A stretch of DNA of 64,000 nt from Phycisphaerae bacterium (GTDB lineage Bacteria; Planctomycetota; Phycisphaerae; UBA1845; Fen-1342): the NCBI GenBank assembly GCA_963675745.2, contig CAXXWX010000001.1, positions 250,797 to 314,796 of the forward strand, in the 5' to 3' direction. A program made the translations under genes and the position numbers. The first letter of the stretch is position 1; each line of letters opens with the position of its first letter. The notes beneath the pieces are model-generated. The model was not told the DNA's origin. It saw only the letters and a program-made list of their open reading frames with translations, and did no database searches. This document shows, one piece after another, positions 29,108 through 38,916 of this stretch.

Positions 29108-29914
29108 ATGATCCGAAAACCCATCGGACTTCGCTGGTACTTGACGCTGGGCATCCTGTCGATTGTGGTGCTGCTGGTGGGTTACAGCGCGCTGGCCTCT
29201 GCCCAGAAACGCAAGAACCCGGACGACACGACGGTCCCGTCCTGGACTCAACTCAAGGAAGGCGTCGTTAAGTCTATCGAACCCCACAAGCGCACCGGTG
29301 AGCGCTGGCTCGTCGTCGATACAAAGGCCACCGGCGTGCGCCTGCTGGTCGGTATGCTCTTCGGTGTCGGCGGCGCGGTCCTGCTCGGCGTGCTCATGGG
29401 CTGCTTCCCTCTGGTCGAGGCAATTATCTCCCCGCCCCTGACCATCTTCGCCAAGATCCCCGGCACCGCCGCCATGGCCGTGTTCTTCGTACTTGTCGGC
29501 ACCGGTTTCCAGATGTACGTGGCGATGATCGCGTTCGGCGTGCTACCGAGCCTGGCGTTGACCGTCCATCTCGCCGTGCGCGACGTGCCCGCCGAGTTGC
29601 TTAACAAGTCCTATACGCTGGGCGCGTCGCACGCCGAAGTCGTCTGGAACATCATCTTCCGCCACATTCTGCCCAAGCTCATCGACGCCGTGCGCCTTCA
29701 GATCGGGCCGGCGATGGTCTTCCTGATCGCGGCCGAGATGCTTGTCGGCGACGAGGGGTTCGGCTATCGCATCCGGCTTCAGCAGAAGAAGCTGGACATG
29801 AGCACGATATTCTTCTACCTGGCGGTGCTGGCCGCCTTCGGGTTCGTGATTGATCACCTGCTGCGCAAGATCCAGCGTTGGCTGTGCCCCTGGCACAGAC
29901 CCGTGAAACTGTGA
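29108..29914 (+). CDS. NitT/TauT family ABC transporter permease
   Basis: Multiple TM; EAA-like loop SYTLGAS..ILPKLIDAVR; LIAAEM..GFGYRI. Confidence 0.92.
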   Translation: MIRKPIGLRWYLTLGILSIVVLLVGYSALASAQKRKNPDDTTVPSWTQLKEGVVKSIEPHKRTGERWLVVDTKATGVRLLVGMLFGVGGAVLLGVLMGCFPLVEAIISPPLTIFAKIPGTAAMAVFFVLVGTGFQMYVAMIAFGVLPSLALTVHLAVRDVPAELLNKSYTLGASHAEVVWNIIFRHILPKLIDAVRLQIGPAMVFLIAAEMLVGDEGFGYRIRLQQKKLDMSTIFFYLAVLAAFGFVIDHLLRKIQRWLCPWHRPVKL

Positions 29915-29922
29915 CGCGAAAT

Positions 29923-30861
29923 ATGTCTGAGATCATCCTGCACTGCAACAACGTGCATCACTGGTTCGGCGCGAACAAGGTTCTCTTTGACGTGGAACTC
30001 AAAGTGGGCCGCGGGAACGTGGTCGCCGTCGTCGGGCCGAGCGGCTGCGGGAAGTCGACGCTGCTGCGCGCGATCGTGGGCACGCACCCGCCGCGCCGCG
30101 GCCGCGTCTTGATGACCGGCGAGGGTGGGCAAAGTTACGAAGTCCGCCGTCCCGGCCGCGATCGGGGGATTGTCTATCAGCGTTACTCGCTCTTCCCGTT
30201 CCTGACCGCCCGCCAGAACGTGGCCGTTGGGCTGATGCTCGACCAGACGACGATTCTCGGCCGCCTGCTCACGGCCTATCCGGTCAGCGCGCTGCGCCGC
30301 CGGCATCTTGATGAGGCCGCCGAGCTCCTCGAAAAGGTTGGTCTCGGCCGGGCGATGAAGCTCTACCCGCATGAGATGTCAGGCGGCATGCAGCAGCGTG
30401 TCGCCGTGGCGCAAGCCCTGATCATGAAGCCGCGCATTCTGTTGCTCGACGAGCCTTTCGGCGCGCTCGACGAGGCCATGCGCGAGGAGCTACAGCGTAT
30501 GTTGCTGCGCCTGCACGCGGAGAACGTGGCCGCCGAGAAAGCTGGCGAACCCGCGCCGTACACGGTACTGATCGTCACACACGAATTGAACGAGGCCCTG
30601 TTCGTCGGTGATCGCGTGATCGGGCTTTCGCAGTACTGGAACTGGCGTGAGAAGAACCACACGACCTGCCCCGGCGCGACGATCATCTATGACCGCCCGG
30701 CCCCGATCTTTGACCCCGACAGTCCGCGTGACTTCGAGCAACTGGTCGAGCAGCGTGAGGAAATCCGCCAGGCGGTCTTTAACCCGGACTATCTCCAGGA
30801 ACGTGAGGAGTTTCAGCGCTACTGGAGCAGTCAACGCCCGGCGGCTCCACCGAGCAGCTGA
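29923..30861 (+). CDS. NitT/TauT family ABC transporter ATP-binding protein
   Basis: GPSGCGKST, YQRYSLFP, MSGGMQQR, LLLDEPFGALD, IVTH. Confidence 0.95.
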   Translation: MSEIILHCNNVHHWFGANKVLFDVELKVGRGNVVAVVGPSGCGKSTLLRAIVGTHPPRRGRVLMTGEGGQSYEVRRPGRDRGIVYQRYSLFPFLTARQNVAVGLMLDQTTILGRLLTAYPVSALRRRHLDEAAELLEKVGLGRAMKLYPHEMSGGMQQRVAVAQALIMKPRILLLDEPFGALDEAMREELQRMLLRLHAENVAAEKAGEPAPYTVLIVTHELNEALFVGDRVIGLSQYWNWREKNHTTCPGATIIYDRPAPIFDPDSPRDFEQLVEQREEIRQAVFNPDYLQEREEFQRYWSSQRPAAPPSS

Positions 30862-30921
30862 GCCGATCCGTCCATCAGTGCAGGCCGCGGGACAACGTCC
30901 ACTACCGACGAGCGCGCGTAC

Positions 30922-30965
30922 AAACGGCGAGGCCACCCGATCGGGCAGCCTCGCCGCTCTTGTTG
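30922..30965. terminator. Probable bidirectional intrinsic terminator
   Basis: aaa-cggcgaggc...gcctcgccg-ctcttgttg hairpin between convergent genes. Confidence 0.55.
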
Positions 30966-30986
30966 TCAACTGGATGAAGCGACGCC

Positions 30987-31871
30987 TTATCGACGGCGAA
31001 TCAATGCCACGATTCCGAGGCCGAGCAGCATGAGCGTGCCTGGCTCCGGGACAACCTGGAGGTTGTCGTAGATGATGTACTGCGACCCGGCCGGGGCGGC
31101 GAGTGAACTAAACAGGTCCGCATAGCCCAAGCTGATCTGGCCGTCCAGAACTTCCGAAACGTCCTGGATGATCGGCGTCATGCCGGTGGCGCCATCGAGC
31201 GAGTACGTGATCGTACCACCCACGCCGCCAACAAAGTCGATCCGCAGCGTCGTCCAGGCGTTACCCGGCGAGCCGGCCCACGTATACGGCGGGCTCGGGA
31301 ACAGGTTTTGATACGTGTCGCCCGTCGCATTCGTCGTGTTCGTACTGTTCAGGTAGCTCGCGTCGCCGGATGGAACCGAAGTGACGCTCGGCTTGAAATG
31401 TCGATAGTCGGACGCCGAGCCGCCCTCGCCGGTCATCGACATGAAGTGACCGGTGCCTGAAATCGGCGTAAAGATCGAGTTGGCCGTGACGCCGTCGCCG
31501 GCCACGCCCACGTGCATGAACTCGGTTGTGCCACTAGTGGCGTAGACGCCCATATACACGTCGACGATCAGCGAGTACGCATCCAGACCGACAATCGGCG
31601 TGTTGTGAAACGCGGTTAGCGTGTTCGCGACGCCGAGCGTGTCATTGGCGGTCATGCGCAGGCCGCCGACGTCGCCGGCGGTCGAATTCGGGGCCAACGG
31701 AATGCCGGCGGCGATGTAGTCGAAAGCGAACGCGGCGGATGAATCGGGTCCACCAATCTCGACAAGCGTGTAGTTCGCCGAGCTGTCGACTTCAAAGTCG
31801 TCCGCGATGAGTTGTGCACCGGCAACTGAAGTTATCGCCAGCACACAGGCCAATACAAGCAGGTTCTTCAT
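30987..31871 (-). CDS. PEP-CTERM sorting domain protein
   Basis: Signal peptide MKNLLVLAC; C-terminal VPEPGTLMLLGLGIVALIRRR; AAGGAG RBS. Confidence 0.93.
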   Translation of the reverse strand: MKNLLVLACVLAITSVAGAQLIADDFEVDSSANYTLVEIGGPDSSAAFAFDYIAAGIPLAPNSTAGDVGGLRMTANDTLGVANTLTAFHNTPIVGLDAYSLIVDVYMGVYATSGTTEFMHVGVAGDGVTANSIFTPISGTGHFMSMTGEGGSASDYRHFKPSVTSVPSGDASYLNSTNTTNATGDTYQNLFPSPPYTWAGSPGNAWTTLRIDFVGGVGGTITYSLDGATGMTPIIQDVSEVLDGQISLGYADLFSSLAAPAGSQYIIYDNLQVVPEPGTLMLLGLGIVALIRRR

Positions 31872-32222
31872 GACGATATGCTCCTTTTCTGCGCCTCCTG
31901 AGTCGCTTCCGATTCCGGACTGCACGTTGCTCAGCAAAGACGTGACCGCATTGACGGTGGCGTGCCGCCCCGCGCGGACACTGAGCCGCGAATCCTAACT
32001 ACTCTACTTTAGCCCCCGGGCCATCCGGGAGCAAGCCAGAAAACATCGAGAACCGGCGTCGAATCACGCCAGATAACACGCCCGACATTCCTGCAACGCC
32101 CAGCGCCAAAATGGGGCCGATAATCAAACGCGTATCAGGCGCCGCCACGGCGCGGCGGCGTCGCGGAAACGACGGCCGCGAGGCTATACTGGCTGGCGTG
32201 ACGAGCGAAGCCAGGAGAGCAC

Positions 32223-33305
32223 ATGCATCCACGAGTCGAACGCTTTCCCAAACCAGATCCGGACCATGGCAGGTTCCTTACAGTCCTCCGCCGTGACCGT
32301 CCTGACCGCGTGCCCGTAGTCGAACTTGCGCTACACGCAGACGTGACCGCCGCACTCCTGGATGACCCGCCGCGAGCAACGAGCGATGCGCGCGCGGACT
32401 CAAGTCACCGGGTCGAGCAGTGCGTGCGCCTGCACCATCGGCTTGGCTACGACGTCGTCAAAGTCTCTGCAACGATCCCCTTTAACATAGGTCGGCTTGT
32501 CGGCACCGACCCATCGGCGCTCAGCAGCAGCCGGCGCGAGTGGGCCGATCCGCACAGCGGCCCGATTCAAAGCCGCGAAGACCTCGAACGCTTTCAGTGG
32601 CCCAAACCCAGCGATATCGACTTCGGCCCGCTGGATGCGGCCACCGACTCCCTGCCGGACGGAATGGCGCTGCTGGGATTCTCGGGCGGCGTCTTGGAAT
32701 TCGCCATGGACCTGCTGGGCATGCAGAATTTCATGCTGGCCACGCGCCGCGATCCCGAACTGGTTGCCGCCGTCATCGAACGCGTCGGTCAGACGATTTA
32801 CGGCGTCTTCGAAGCGTATTGCCAGATCGACTCGATTTGCGCGCTCTGGCTCGGCGACGATTTGGGGCACAAACACGGCCCGCTTGTCTCACCAAAGCTG
32901 GTGACTGAGCAACTTGTGCCCTGGTACAAACGCTTTGCCGATCTCGCCCACCGGCATGGACGCCCGTTCATTCTGCACAGTTGCGGCGACACGTCACTGG
33001 TGATCGAGTCGATCATTGACGCGGGGATCGACGCCAAGCACAGCTTCGAAGACGGCATCACGCCGGTGGAGCAGTTTGCCGACAAGTGGGGCGACAAGGT
33101 TGCGGTGCTGGGCGGCGTTGACGTACATATCCTGGCGGCTGGCGACGAAGATGCGATCCGCACGCGTACACGCGAGATCCTCGAAAAGCTGGCGCCGCGC
33201 GGCGGCTACGCGGCGGGCTCGGGCAACAGCATCCCCAACTATGTCGCCCCCGAGCACTATCTCGCAATGCTGGAGACCGTTGCCGAGTTCAATGGGTTGA
33301 GGTGA
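32223..33305 (+). CDS. Uroporphyrinogen decarboxylase-family protein (MtaA/CmuA-like)
   Basis: PDRVPVVE, GDDLG, LHSCG, VLGGVD, GGYAAGSGNSI. Confidence 0.85.
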   Translation: MHPRVERFPKPDPDHGRFLTVLRRDRPDRVPVVELALHADVTAALLDDPPRATSDARADSSHRVEQCVRLHHRLGYDVVKVSATIPFNIGRLVGTDPSALSSSRREWADPHSGPIQSREDLERFQWPKPSDIDFGPLDAATDSLPDGMALLGFSGGVLEFAMDLLGMQNFMLATRRDPELVAAVIERVGQTIYGVFEAYCQIDSICALWLGDDLGHKHGPLVSPKLVTEQLVPWYKRFADLAHRHGRPFILHSCGDTSLVIESIIDAGIDAKHSFEDGITPVEQFADKWGDKVAVLGGVDVHILAAGDEDAIRTRTREILEKLAPRGGYAAGSGNSIPNYVAPEHYLAMLETVAEFNGLR

Positions 33306-33316
33306 AACCACCAATG

Positions 33317-33400
33317 TAGGGCTTGCCGCACCGCATGGTCGACCAACGTGCGGCGAGCCGCACCCTACCTGGCCAACTGGTGCGGCGAGCCGCACTCTAC
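33317..33400. repeat. REP-like palindromes, family D (gtgcgg-cgag-ccgcac..CTAC)
   Basis: Two direct copies at 33348-33368 and 33380-33400 plus a truncated inverted GTAG copy at 33317; the last copy supplies the TAG stop of the adjacent gene. Confidence 0.7.
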
Positions 33401-35988
33401 TCTTCTGTGTTCATCAGCATCTGGCCAACGGTGTGCCACACGTGCCGGCGGAACTCGGTGACCTTGCCTTTGTCATCCGGATGCACGCGATTGGTCAGCG
33501 CGATGATGTAAACACCCTGCTCGGGATAGATACGGATTGCCGTGCCGGTGTATCCGGTGTGACCGTAGGCAAAGAGCGCATCGACGCCGGTATCGCCCGC
33601 ATCGGGCGGGTAGAGATCCCATAGCAGGCCGCGGCGGTCGGGTTGGCCGGCTTTGTTCTTTGCGCCGGGGTTCTGAACGCGGGTCATGTCGCGGATGGTC
33701 TCGGGCGTTAGAACGCGTGCGCCGTCCAGTTCGCCGCCGTTCAGCATCATCTGGGCGAAGCGGCTCAGATCGGCAGCGCTGCCGAACAGACCGGCATTGC
33801 CCGACACGCCGGCTTGCATCGCGGCGAGCGGATCATGTACGTCGCCAGTGAGAAAACCGTCAGCGGCGCGGGCGCGAGCGGCGCGCGTTGTGGGGACGAT
33901 GGGCTTCTGTTGCGACTGCGCGTCGTCGATGCTCGGGTTGAAGCCGGTATCCAGCATCTTCAGCGGACCATAGATATTCTGTGACGCAAACTTGTCGAGC
34001 GGCTGGCCGGAAACCGCTTCGACGATCTCGGCGCCGAGGATGGCGTTGAGGCAGCTATACACCATGACTTCGCCGGGCTTGTGTGCCAGGTCGAGGTTGC
34101 GAATGTAAGCGCGTGTTTCGGACGGGCAGGGGAAACCGGCCTTGTCTTTGATGACCTTCTGTTGTCGGGCGCCCACGTATGGCGGCAGGCCCGACATGTG
34201 CGTCATCAGGTGGCGGATGGTTACATCCTTCTTATCACCAGCGCCAAACTCCGGCAGGTACTTGCCGACCGGGTCATCCAGGCCCAATTCGCCGCGCTGT
34301 GCGAGGATCATCAGGCTGGTTCCCGTCGCAATCGGTTTGGTCATCGAGGCCAGGTCGAAAATTGCGGCGGCGCGCATCGGCCGCGGCCGCGGCTGGCTGC
34401 GGAGAAAGCCGTAAGCCCGCTCCAATGTCTCGTAGCCCGTAGCGGTCTTGCGGCCGACCGCGATCACCGCCCCGGGGATGCCGCCTTCCTTCAACCAGTC
34501 AGGGACGGCGGCGTGTAGCGCTTCCTCCAGCGCCGCGAACCCGCCATCCAGCGGCGTGGTGCGCAGTTGGAGACTCCAGCGCCACTCATCAAAATACAGG
34601 TTGTGCCCGTCGATCTCGATCTCGCCGCGCTGAAAGTCGTTGGGCTCACTGCGGAAACTGGTCTTGGGCGGGTGCAGCTCGCGGGCATAATCGACGTTGA
34701 CGATCATGCGGTATGGGTCCATGTGGCCGCAGAAGAACTCGCGCACGCGCGGATCGGCGTGCTCCTGCAAGCCATTCGACGCGTCAGCGGGTAACCAGCC
34801 CCACGGCTCGACGTAGAACTCCGACCAATCGTGCATGTTCCAGTCATTCGGCTTCGTTTGCCAGCCCGACTGCCAGCGTGCCGGGATACCGGCCGCGCGG
34901 CAGAGCGTGATGAAAACCATGCTCTGCACGCCGCAATCGCCGCGCCGCGCCGAAAGCCCCTTGCCGGACAGGCTCGGGATGGTGCTGTATTCCATTTCAG
35001 CACACCATGGGATGTTGCGCGACACCCAGCGGAAGATACGCCGGGCGCGTTCGAGCGGGTTCGGTTCGTCGCCAACGATCTTCGCCGCCAATGCCCGCAC
35101 GCCGGGCGCGAAGGCGATGTGTGGCAGGCGCTCGGCGGTGTACTCGCGGTAGAGCGGACTCTCCTTGTCGTAAGGCGCGACATCCGCGGCACTGAGCTTC
35201 GGACAGTAGGCGAACGTCACGAATTCGAACTCGGCTGCGAATACGGGCGCGACGGTCGGATCGTCGATGACCATCTCGAAGTAGACGGTGCGCTGGGCCT
35301 GGTCGCCGGGCGCGACAACGCCGCCGGCGGGCTCGGTTTTGATCAGGCGCACATCGCGCTGCTGCCGATACTCCTGCGGAAACGGCAGCCAGCAGCGCAC
35401 TTTCGCCCCGGCGCGCAACCGCGGGTTGTTCTCCTTGACGCGCAGCTCGTAGCGGATGTGGTGCTTGACGGGGTAGACCATCGGCGAGTCGGATTCATCC
35501 GCCAGCCTGACCAGCCGCGCGACATGCGCCGGCACGTCGAAGTCGTCGCCCGCCGGCCGGGGCTGAAAGACTCGGCGTGATTTGGCCTCCTGCGAGAAAC
35601 GCAGCAGTGTGCCGGCCGCCCGATTGAAGTAGCGCACCTCGCCATCAATGACCCGGTGCTGCAAATCACCGGACTCGGTCCAGCGCTGCACGTCTTCGGC
35701 GGTTGCATCGGGAATGTCCGCGCGCAGCTTGGCGAGCAACCGCTCCGCGGTTAGCGCGTAGTCCAGGCGCACACGACGGGCAATTTCCAGCGCAACGGCC
35801 GGTCCATCCACAATCGGGGCGGCGGGATCGGCGATGCGTTCGCGCAGTAGATTCTCAGCTTCGGTGAAGCGACCTGTGTCCATCGCCCGTTGCGCCTCGG
35901 CTATCACGTCAGCATCATCCCCGCTCGCACACGCCGCCGCTGCCAGCAGCGTCGCCGCTACGATAATACGAATCACGCTGTGAGGCAT
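33397..35988 (-). CDS. Exported fusion of a transglutaminase-like domain and a serine hydrolase (beta-lactamase/AmiE-like) domain
   Basis: Transglutaminase triad GDCG, HDWSE, PAD; hydrolase motifs FDLASMTK (SxxK), THMSGL, YSC, HDP, GNAGLF, GHTGYTG. Confidence 0.9.
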   Translation of the reverse strand: MPHSVIRIIVAATLLAAAACASGDDADVIAEAQRAMDTGRFTEAENLLRERIADPAAPIVDGPAVALEIARRVRLDYALTAERLLAKLRADIPDATAEDVQRWTESGDLQHRVIDGEVRYFNRAAGTLLRFSQEAKSRRVFQPRPAGDDFDVPAHVARLVRLADESDSPMVYPVKHHIRYELRVKENNPRLRAGAKVRCWLPFPQEYRQQRDVRLIKTEPAGGVVAPGDQAQRTVYFEMVIDDPTVAPVFAAEFEFVTFAYCPKLSAADVAPYDKESPLYREYTAERLPHIAFAPGVRALAAKIVGDEPNPLERARRIFRWVSRNIPWCAEMEYSTIPSLSGKGLSARRGDCGVQSMVFITLCRAAGIPARWQSGWQTKPNDWNMHDWSEFYVEPWGWLPADASNGLQEHADPRVREFFCGHMDPYRMIVNVDYARELHPPKTSFRSEPNDFQRGEIEIDGHNLYFDEWRWSLQLRTTPLDGGFAALEEALHAAVPDWLKEGGIPGAVIAVGRKTATGYETLERAYGFLRSQPRPRPMRAAAIFDLASMTKPIATGTSLMILAQRGELGLDDPVGKYLPEFGAGDKKDVTIRHLMTHMSGLPPYVGARQQKVIKDKAGFPCPSETRAYIRNLDLAHKPGEVMVYSCLNAILGAEIVEAVSGQPLDKFASQNIYGPLKMLDTGFNPSIDDAQSQQKPIVPTTRAARARAADGFLTGDVHDPLAAMQAGVSGNAGLFGSAADLSRFAQMMLNGGELDGARVLTPETIRDMTRVQNPGAKNKAGQPDRRGLLWDLYPPDAGDTGVDALFAYGHTGYTGTAIRIYPEQGVYIIALTNRVHPDDKGKVTEFRRHVWHTVGQMLMNTEE

Positions 35989-36027
35989 AACCCGGAACCT
36001 CCTGCCACCGGTTGCGCTGTTGGGCGG

Positions 36028-37251
36028 CTACTCCGAAAACACATTTCGATCCGGCAACGAAACCATGCCGCAGTGTTTGGCGACAACCGGACCGGTCAGC
36101 TTACCGTCGATCTTCTCGACGTTGATTGTCGCGCTGGTGGTGGCCTCGATCTTGCCGACGTCCGTTTTGAAGCGGCCGACGAACATCGATCCGCTGCTGG
36201 CCCAGAGGCAATAATCGTAATCGCCACGCAACTCGATGTCATTGCATGTGAACGTGCTGGCCTTTTGCAGCGCGATGGCCATCCCGTTGTCACTCTCGAT
36301 AATCACACGTGCGCCTTCACCGAGGATGTGACCGTCGTGCTCGAGGCCGATCGGCGTGTTGCGCTTCTGCCTGGCGTTGAGCACCACCTCGGTATTGTGC
36401 AGGTCGATGCGCCCGCCGTTGTTGATCGCGAGGTTGTTGCTCTGTTGGCTCCAACTGGTTATCCGGGCCGACTCGCAGCCCAGGCGGATGCAGCCGTAAT
36501 AGCTCGATGACAAGCTGCCGTTGCCGATATCGAGTGATGCGTTTTCGCGCTCCGCGAACCGCACCAGGCCGTGGTCGGTGGCAATAATGCCGCAAAACGT
36601 TTCTTCATCGGCAGCGCCGTGCAGGTGTTCGTTTAGCCGGATCGCGCCGCGCAGCGCCACCTGGCCACCGCGATGCGCATATATCCCCGCATCGCTGATG
36701 CTGCGCATGCGGAATGTAACGTCCTTGAGCGTGATATAACCCGGACCGGCGACCATCACGCCGCGCCGCTGACGCTTGGTGAAAGTGCCGATCTGGACGT
36801 TCTCAAGCCGCCACTCTCCCTCGCGCACGTCCACCATCGCGCGGCCGCCTTCCCATGCAAAGACGGGGATGTTCCCTTCCTCATCCCGCCGGCCGATGAG
36901 CGAGACGGTGACACCCGGGCGCATGCGGCACATCAGCTCCAGGACGCTCTCGGACATGTCGTGACCGCCGGTCGATTCGTATTGCCCGCCCATCACGTCA
37001 ATCGTCACCGAGCTTGCCAGCGGCTCGCGCAGCAGCCGCAGGGCCGCCGATATCGTCTTAAGCGGCCGGTCTTCGGTCCCGGGGTTGCGGTCGTTGCCGC
37101 GCGCCACATCGACAACGAGGTGCTCAGGGGTTCTGGTTCGCGTGCGCTCGCGTCCCTGCCCGAGGGCCACGCCGCAGATCAGCTCAGAACCCATGATCAA
37201 CGACAGCACGATGGAGACCGCCGGCGGCAGGTCAAATGCACGATTCCGCAT
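36028..37251 (-). CDS. Secreted hypothetical protein, DUF1565-like start and probable beta-helix
   Basis: VVDVARGNDRNPGT..PLKTISAA followed by repetitive Gly/Ile-rich beta segments. Confidence 0.7.
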   Translation of the reverse strand: MRNRAFDLPPAVSIVLSLIMGSELICGVALGQGRERTRTRTPEHLVVDVARGNDRNPGTEDRPLKTISAALRLLREPLASSVTIDVMGGQYESTGGHDMSESVLELMCRMRPGVTVSLIGRRDEEGNIPVFAWEGGRAMVDVREGEWRLENVQIGTFTKRQRRGVMVAGPGYITLKDVTFRMRSISDAGIYAHRGGQVALRGAIRLNEHLHGAADEETFCGIIATDHGLVRFAERENASLDIGNGSLSSSYYGCIRLGCESARITSWSQQSNNLAINNGGRIDLHNTEVVLNARQKRNTPIGLEHDGHILGEGARVIIESDNGMAIALQKASTFTCNDIELRGDYDYCLWASSGSMFVGRFKTDVGKIEATTSATINVEKIDGKLTGPVVAKHCGMVSLPDRNVFSE

Positions 37252-37399
37252 GATGCTGCTCCCAATACTTGACGGCGGTGGCCGCGCCGCCTGGATCGAA
37301 CGCGCCTCGCCTCCAGCACGCCGGTCTGGTACGCTGACGGCACCTGGCCAGACCTGACAAGCATAAGTGCGGCTCCACAATACGTCGAGGAAACGACCC

Positions 37400-38668
37400 A
37401 TGAAGCTGATTCGAACACGCCTTGTCCCCGCCTGTGCAACTGCCGCCTTCGTAGCGTTGGCCGCCCTGCCGGCACTCGCCCAGCGCACACCCTCCAGACC
37501 GCCGCGCGTGCAGCTTGGCGTTGACCAGTTGATCAAGCAGGACTTCAAGCCGCTACGCGGCAAACGCGTCGGCCTGATCACCAACCCCACGGGCATTACC
37601 GGCGACCTGCGCTCAACCATCGACGTGCTGCACAAAGCCAAGGATGTCGATCTGGTCGCCCTGTTCGGACCCGAGCACGGCGTGCGCGGCGAACAGTACG
37701 CCGGTGACCAGATCGAGGACGCGCGCGACGCGATTACCGGTCTGCCGATCTGCTCGCTGTACGGAAAGCAGCGGAAGCCGTCGCCGGAGATTCTCGAAGA
37801 TATCGATGTGCTGGTGTTCGACATCCAGGACATCGGCTCGCGCTCGTATACGTACATCAGCACGATGACCGTGGCCATGGAGGCCGCTGCGGAGAACGAT
37901 GTCAGCTTTGTCGTGCTCGATCGGCCCAATCCTATCACCGGACAAAAGCTGGAAGGTCGGCCGCTCGATCTATCCCACCGCTCGTTCGTCGGATACCTGC
38001 CGGTCCCCTATTTACACGGCATGACCGTCGGCGAACTGGCGCTCATGATCAACGGCGAGGGCTGGCTCGCCGGCGGCATCAAATGTGACTTACAGGTGAT
38101 CAAGATGCGCGGCTGGCGGCGGGACATGTGGTATGACCAGACCGGCCTGTGCTGGATTCCCACGTCGCCGCACGTGCCCCGCGCGGATACGGCGTTGTTC
38201 TACGCGGCCACCGGCATCATGGGCGAGCTCCAGGTCATCAGCGAGGGTGTCGGCTATACGCTGCCCTTCGAACTGGCCGGCCTGCCCGATGTGAATCCGC
38301 AGGCGCTGGCCGACGAGCTTAATCAGCGCAAGCTGCCCGGTGTGTTCTTCCGCCCGACCTACTTCAAGCCCTACTACACGCGCTATGCAAAGCAGACCTG
38401 CGGCGGTGTGCAGCTTGTCTTCACCGATCGCGATGAGGTGGAGCTGACGACGATCCAGTTTCACATCATGGACGTTATCCGGCGGCTGCACCCGGACATC
38501 AGCTTGTTCGGAAGCAAACGCGACGCGATGTTCGACAAGGTCTGCGGGACCGACCAGATCCGCCGTATGTTCGAGATGGACCGCCCGATTGACGACATCA
38601 TCAGCACGTGGCGCGAGGGCGTGGACGAGTTTCGTGAAAAGCGGGAACCATATCTTCTGTACGACTAG
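37400..38668 (+). CDS. namZ: Exo-beta-N-acetylmuramidase NamZ family (DUF1343)
   Basis: GKRVGLITNPTG, LFGPEHG, SLYG, FDIQDIGSRSYTY, LDRPNP, HGMTVGELA, PTSPH, SEGVG..PFE. Confidence 0.92.
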   Translation: MKLIRTRLVPACATAAFVALAALPALAQRTPSRPPRVQLGVDQLIKQDFKPLRGKRVGLITNPTGITGDLRSTIDVLHKAKDVDLVALFGPEHGVRGEQYAGDQIEDARDAITGLPICSLYGKQRKPSPEILEDIDVLVFDIQDIGSRSYTYISTMTVAMEAAAENDVSFVVLDRPNPITGQKLEGRPLDLSHRSFVGYLPVPYLHGMTVGELALMINGEGWLAGGIKCDLQVIKMRGWRRDMWYDQTGLCWIPTSPHVPRADTALFYAATGIMGELQVISEGVGYTLPFELAGLPDVNPQALADELNQRKLPGVFFRPTYFKPYYTRYAKQTCGGVQLVFTDRDEVELTTIQFHIMDVIRRLHPDISLFGSKRDAMFDKVCGTDQIRRMFEMDRPIDDIISTWREGVDEFREKREPYLLYD

Positions 38669-38721
38669 CGTCGGCCGCGCTGGAAATGTGTCGTATTGCG
38701 CGCCACGGTTCGCCACAGCAT

Positions 38722-38851
38722 GTAACGGCCGGCGCCTCGCCGGCCGTCTGATGTCGGAGACACCGTCTCACAGCGACGGCCTGCGAGGCGCAGGCAGCTA
38801 CAGTGCCGTACGCACGACATGGCCGCGTAACGGCCGGCGCCTCGCCGGCCG
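38722..38851. repeat. Cluster of three family A REPs in alternating orientation
   Basis: Copies at 38722-38746 (+), 38777-38801 (-) and 38827-38851 (+). Confidence 0.8.
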
Positions 38852-38916
38852 CCGGACATCGGAGTCGGATGTTTTCCCGCCGCCGAACCGCCTGTCAGCG
38901 AAGGAGGATCATCAGA

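Noticed and set aside
37252..37938. Long N-terminal extension of the 636-aa minus-strand ORF
   Set aside because: It overlaps namZ antisense; the plausible protein starts near 37251.
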